A DNA stretch of 64,000 bases from Pontiella sp. (GTDB lineage Bacteria > Verrucomicrobiota > Kiritimatiellia > Kiritimatiellales > Pontiellaceae): positions 226,713 to 290,712 of the forward strand of contig JBNKHE010000001.1 in NCBI GenBank assembly GCA_050290185.1, read 5' to 3'. Position 1 is the stretch's first letter. Each line of letters starts with the position of its first letter. Positions 61,427-64,000 of this stretch are shown here, piece after piece. Under the pieces are notes generated by a model. That model ran no database searches. It was not told where the DNA came from and saw only the letters and a list, made by a program, of their open reading frames with translations. The position numbers and the translations under genes are program-made.

Positions 61427-64000
61427 TTATCGATTAATTTTTACAGGCAGCGTGATACGAATATCATCGGATGCCGCACCGACCAGAATTTCATAGTCGC
61501 CCGGCTCCACCACATACTGCCTAGTCTCGGTGTCCCAATAATGCAGGCGCTCGGTTGGAATTTCCAGCGTCACTTTTTCGGAAGTACCGTTAGCTACCTC
61601 CACCCGGGCAAATCCGCACAGCACCTTGTTCGGTTGCTCAACGCGTGAATTCAGGTGGCGGTAATAGACCTGAACCACATCGGCCCCATCCATTTCTCCG
61701 GAATTTTCAATAGTTAACGACAGCTTGATCGTACCATCGGCGGGCACCACGTCGACCGCCAATGTCGCGTCCTTGTAATCGAAACGGGTATAGCTGAGTC
61801 CATGCCCGAAGGCATAGAGCGGCTTGCCGTCAAAATATCGATAGGTCCGGTTCGCAAAGGAATAGTCGGTAAACGGCGGCAGGTCGTCGGTGGAGCGGTA
61901 GAAGGTCATCGGCAGATGGCCGCATGGATTAAATTCGCCGAAGAGCACCTCTGCCACGGCCTGTCCGCCTTCCTGGCCGGGATACCAGGCCTGGAGAATC
62001 GCCGGCAGATGTTCGGCTTCCCAGGGAAATGCCACCGCCGAACCACTGCAGTTGACAAAGACCATCGGCTTGCCGGTGGCATGCAGCGCCTTCACGAGAT
62101 CCTGCTGCACGCGCGGCAGTTCAATCTGGTCGCGGTCCAGCCCTTCCCCTTCCTGCGCCGGCGTAATTCCGCCCACATAGATAATCAGGTCGGCCTGCTT
62201 CGCCAGCGCAATCGCCTCCGCCTTCAGCTCGTCCACCGGACGCTCCGTGGCGTTGTCCTGCGCACTCCAGGCGGCTTGTCTCTTGTCTAGCCACACCGGG
62301 CTTCCCAGTGCAGAGGTCACTTCGAGATCCGATCCCGCCAGCATTTTAACGCCGTCCAGCATGGAAATGGGGTGCGAGGCCGATCCATGATAATTACCTT
62401 CCAGCATCGATTTTGAAGCCCCGTTCGGACCGATGACGGCGATGGTTTTATACCTGGAGCGATCCAGCGGAAGAATTCCGTCGTTCTTCAGCAGCACCAT
62501 CGACTGGCGGGCCACGTCCAGCGCCACCTTGCCGTTTTCCGGCGTGTCGTTGTCTTCGATGGTATATTTATTAAACGGAACCAGATCCACCGGATCAAAC
62601 AGCCCGAGACGGAAGCGGGTCCAGAGGGTATAGTACAGCGCCTGATCGATTTCATCTTCGCTGATCAGCTCCATCTGGGCAGCCTTCATCAACGCGTTGT
62701 AGTCCCCGCCGCAGCAGAGATTGCAGCCGGCTTTAACCGCAACGGCGGCGGCCTCTTCGGGGGTTTCCACGTAGCCGTGTCCTCGCTGCTCGTTCCAGAT
62801 ATTTCCGATTGCACTGCAGTCGGAAACGACATACCCCTCAAAGCCCCATTTATCGCGCAGCAGTTCGGTCAGCAGAAATGCGCTGGCACTGGCCGGAACG
62901 CCGTACACCGCGTTGTAGGCACTCATTACACCGCCGACCTTTCCTTCGCGCACGGCGCGCTCAAACTGAGGCAGATACATTTCGTACAGGTCCCGTTCAG
63001 ACGGATCGGCATTGAACCGGTAGCGGGACCGCTCCGGACCGCTGTGCACCGCATAGTGCTTGGCGCAGGCCATCGACAGCATGTAGTCGGGATGATCGCC
63101 CTGCATGCCCTTAATAAACTCAATGCTCATCTCCGCCGTCAGATACGGATCTTCACCATAGGTTTCCTGACCACGCCCCCAGCGGGGATCGCGGAAAATG
63201 TTGATGTTCGGCGTCCAGAAGGTCAGGCCGGTCCACCACTTGGAGTTTCCGCCGTTTTTCGAGGCATAGTCATTATGCTTGGCACGCCCTTCAATGCCGA
63301 TCACCCGGCCTTCTTCACGCATCAGCGCGGGATTCCAGGTGGCGGCCATGCCGACCGGTTCCGGGAAGACGGTGGCAACGCCGTTGTTCGCCACGCCGTG
63401 CAGCGCTTCATTCCAATAGCGATACGCCGGAAGCCCGAGGCGTTCAATCGCCGGGGCGTCATCCTGCAGTTGCGCCACTTTTTCGGCAAACGACATTCTG
63501 CGAATCAGATCCTTGATACGCACTTCCAGCGGATGATCGGGATTACGCCAGATGGCTGGCTCTTCAATTTCCGGAACCTTAGTGGCTTCCGTAGCAAAAG
63601 GATCGGCAATTTCCGTGGCACCGAAAAAAACGACCCGTTCGCCGGATGTGTCAATCACCTCGAAGGTATTAAACTTTGCTTTCCCCTTCACGCCGACGAA
63701 CTCAACCTTGAGCGGTCCGCGCAGGGCATCGTCGGAGTGTTCCACCGTCTCAATAATATAACTTGCCTTTCGCGCTCCGCCGGACTCCTTAAAGACATCA
63801 TACTTTTCAGCCAGCGTTTTATCGCCGGAAGTCACCGTAAACAACCGCTCCCCGGCCTGCTGTATCTGCGTTTCGACCATTCCGATAATGACCGAGTAGC
63901 TCCCCTCGGGAAGCCCGGAAACCGTTACGGCAAACGAATCGCCGACAATCGCCTCGCGAAACGCCTGCAGATCTTCTCCCGCACCCTCAATCCGATCGGC
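61427..64000 (-). CDS. GH3 beta-glucosidase/beta-xylosidase with N-terminal malectin-like domain (5'-partial)
   Basis: WNEALHG, RDPRWGRGQETYGEDP, KHYA, VVSDC, FGHGLSYT; frame stays open to the window edge. Confidence 0.93.
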   Translation of the reverse strand, partial: ADRIEGAGEDLQAFREAIVGDSFAVTVSGLPEGSYSVIIGMVETQIQQAGERLFTVTSGDKTLAEKYDVFKESGGARKASYIIETVEHSDDALRGPLKVEFVGVKGKAKFNTFEVIDTSGERVVFFGATEIADPFATEATKVPEIEEPAIWRNPDHPLEVRIKDLIRRMSFAEKVAQLQDDAPAIERLGLPAYRYWNEALHGVANNGVATVFPEPVGMAATWNPALMREEGRVIGIEGRAKHNDYASKNGGNSKWWTGLTFWTPNINIFRDPRWGRGQETYGEDPYLTAEMSIEFIKGMQGDHPDYMLSMACAKHYAVHSGPERSRYRFNADPSERDLYEMYLPQFERAVREGKVGGVMSAYNAVYGVPASASAFLLTELLRDKWGFEGYVVSDCSAIGNIWNEQRGHGYVETPEEAAAVAVKAGCNLCCGGDYNALMKAAQMELISEDEIDQALYYTLWTRFRLGLFDPVDLVPFNKYTIEDNDTPENGKVALDVARQSMVLLKNDGILPLDRSRYKTIAVIGPNGASKSMLEGNYHGSASHPISMLDGVKMLAGSDLEVTSALGSPVWLDKRQAAWSAQDNATERPVDELKAEAIALAKQADLIIYVGGITPAQEGEGLDRDQIELPRVQQDLVKALHATGKPMVFVNCSGSAVAFPWEAEHLPAILQAWYPGQEGGQAVAEVLFGEFNPCGHLPMTFYRSTDDLPPFTDYSFANRTYRYFDGKPLYAFGHGLSYTRFDYKDATLAVDVVPADGTIKLSLTIENSGEMDGADVVQVYYRHLNSRVEQPNKVLCGFARVEVANGTSEKVTLEIPTERLHYWDTETRQYVVEPGDYEILVGAASDDIRITLPVKINR

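Overview
Bacterial chromosome segment, most likely from a PVC-superphylum organism (Kiritimatiellota/Pontiella-like). The taxonomy is inferred from gene content and secreted-protein style, not from a marker gene. The window has three blocks. (1) 0.1-11.9 kb: an arsenic-methylation/arsenosugar-type cluster. It contains an ArsS-related radical SAM enzyme, ArsM, DUF547, a TVP38/DedA protein, a MerA-like flavoprotein reductase, TIGR04282/TIGR04283-type transferases and exported redox proteins. It also holds an unannotated Cys/Met-rich mini-lipoprotein and a GT-C/GT2 fusion gene bracketed by a 76-bp direct repeat. (2) 12.1-22.5 kb: an uncharacterised envelope-signalling island. It contains a secreted protein, an HNH gene, a FadL/PorV-like barrel, an ECF sigma/anti-sigma pair, a TPR-CsgG-like lipoprotein, a caspase-CsgG-like lipoprotein and a pseudo-receiver NarL regulator. 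A recurring 19-bp palindrome links its intergenic regions. (3) 23-64 kb: a minus-strand hemicellulose (xyloglucan/xylan-type) degradation locus with GH43 x3, GH31 x2, GH2, GH5 x2, GH27, GH3 and CE1 x2. It has an embedded ECF sigma/Ser-Thr kinase pair and a candidate cognate promoter, and no SusC/D pair within the window. Five exported proteins share a roughly 70-aa C-terminal domain and are enriched in Thr/Ser-Asn dipeptides, suggesting an undescribed secretion and modification route. No rRNA, tRNA, CRISPR array or transposase was seen.
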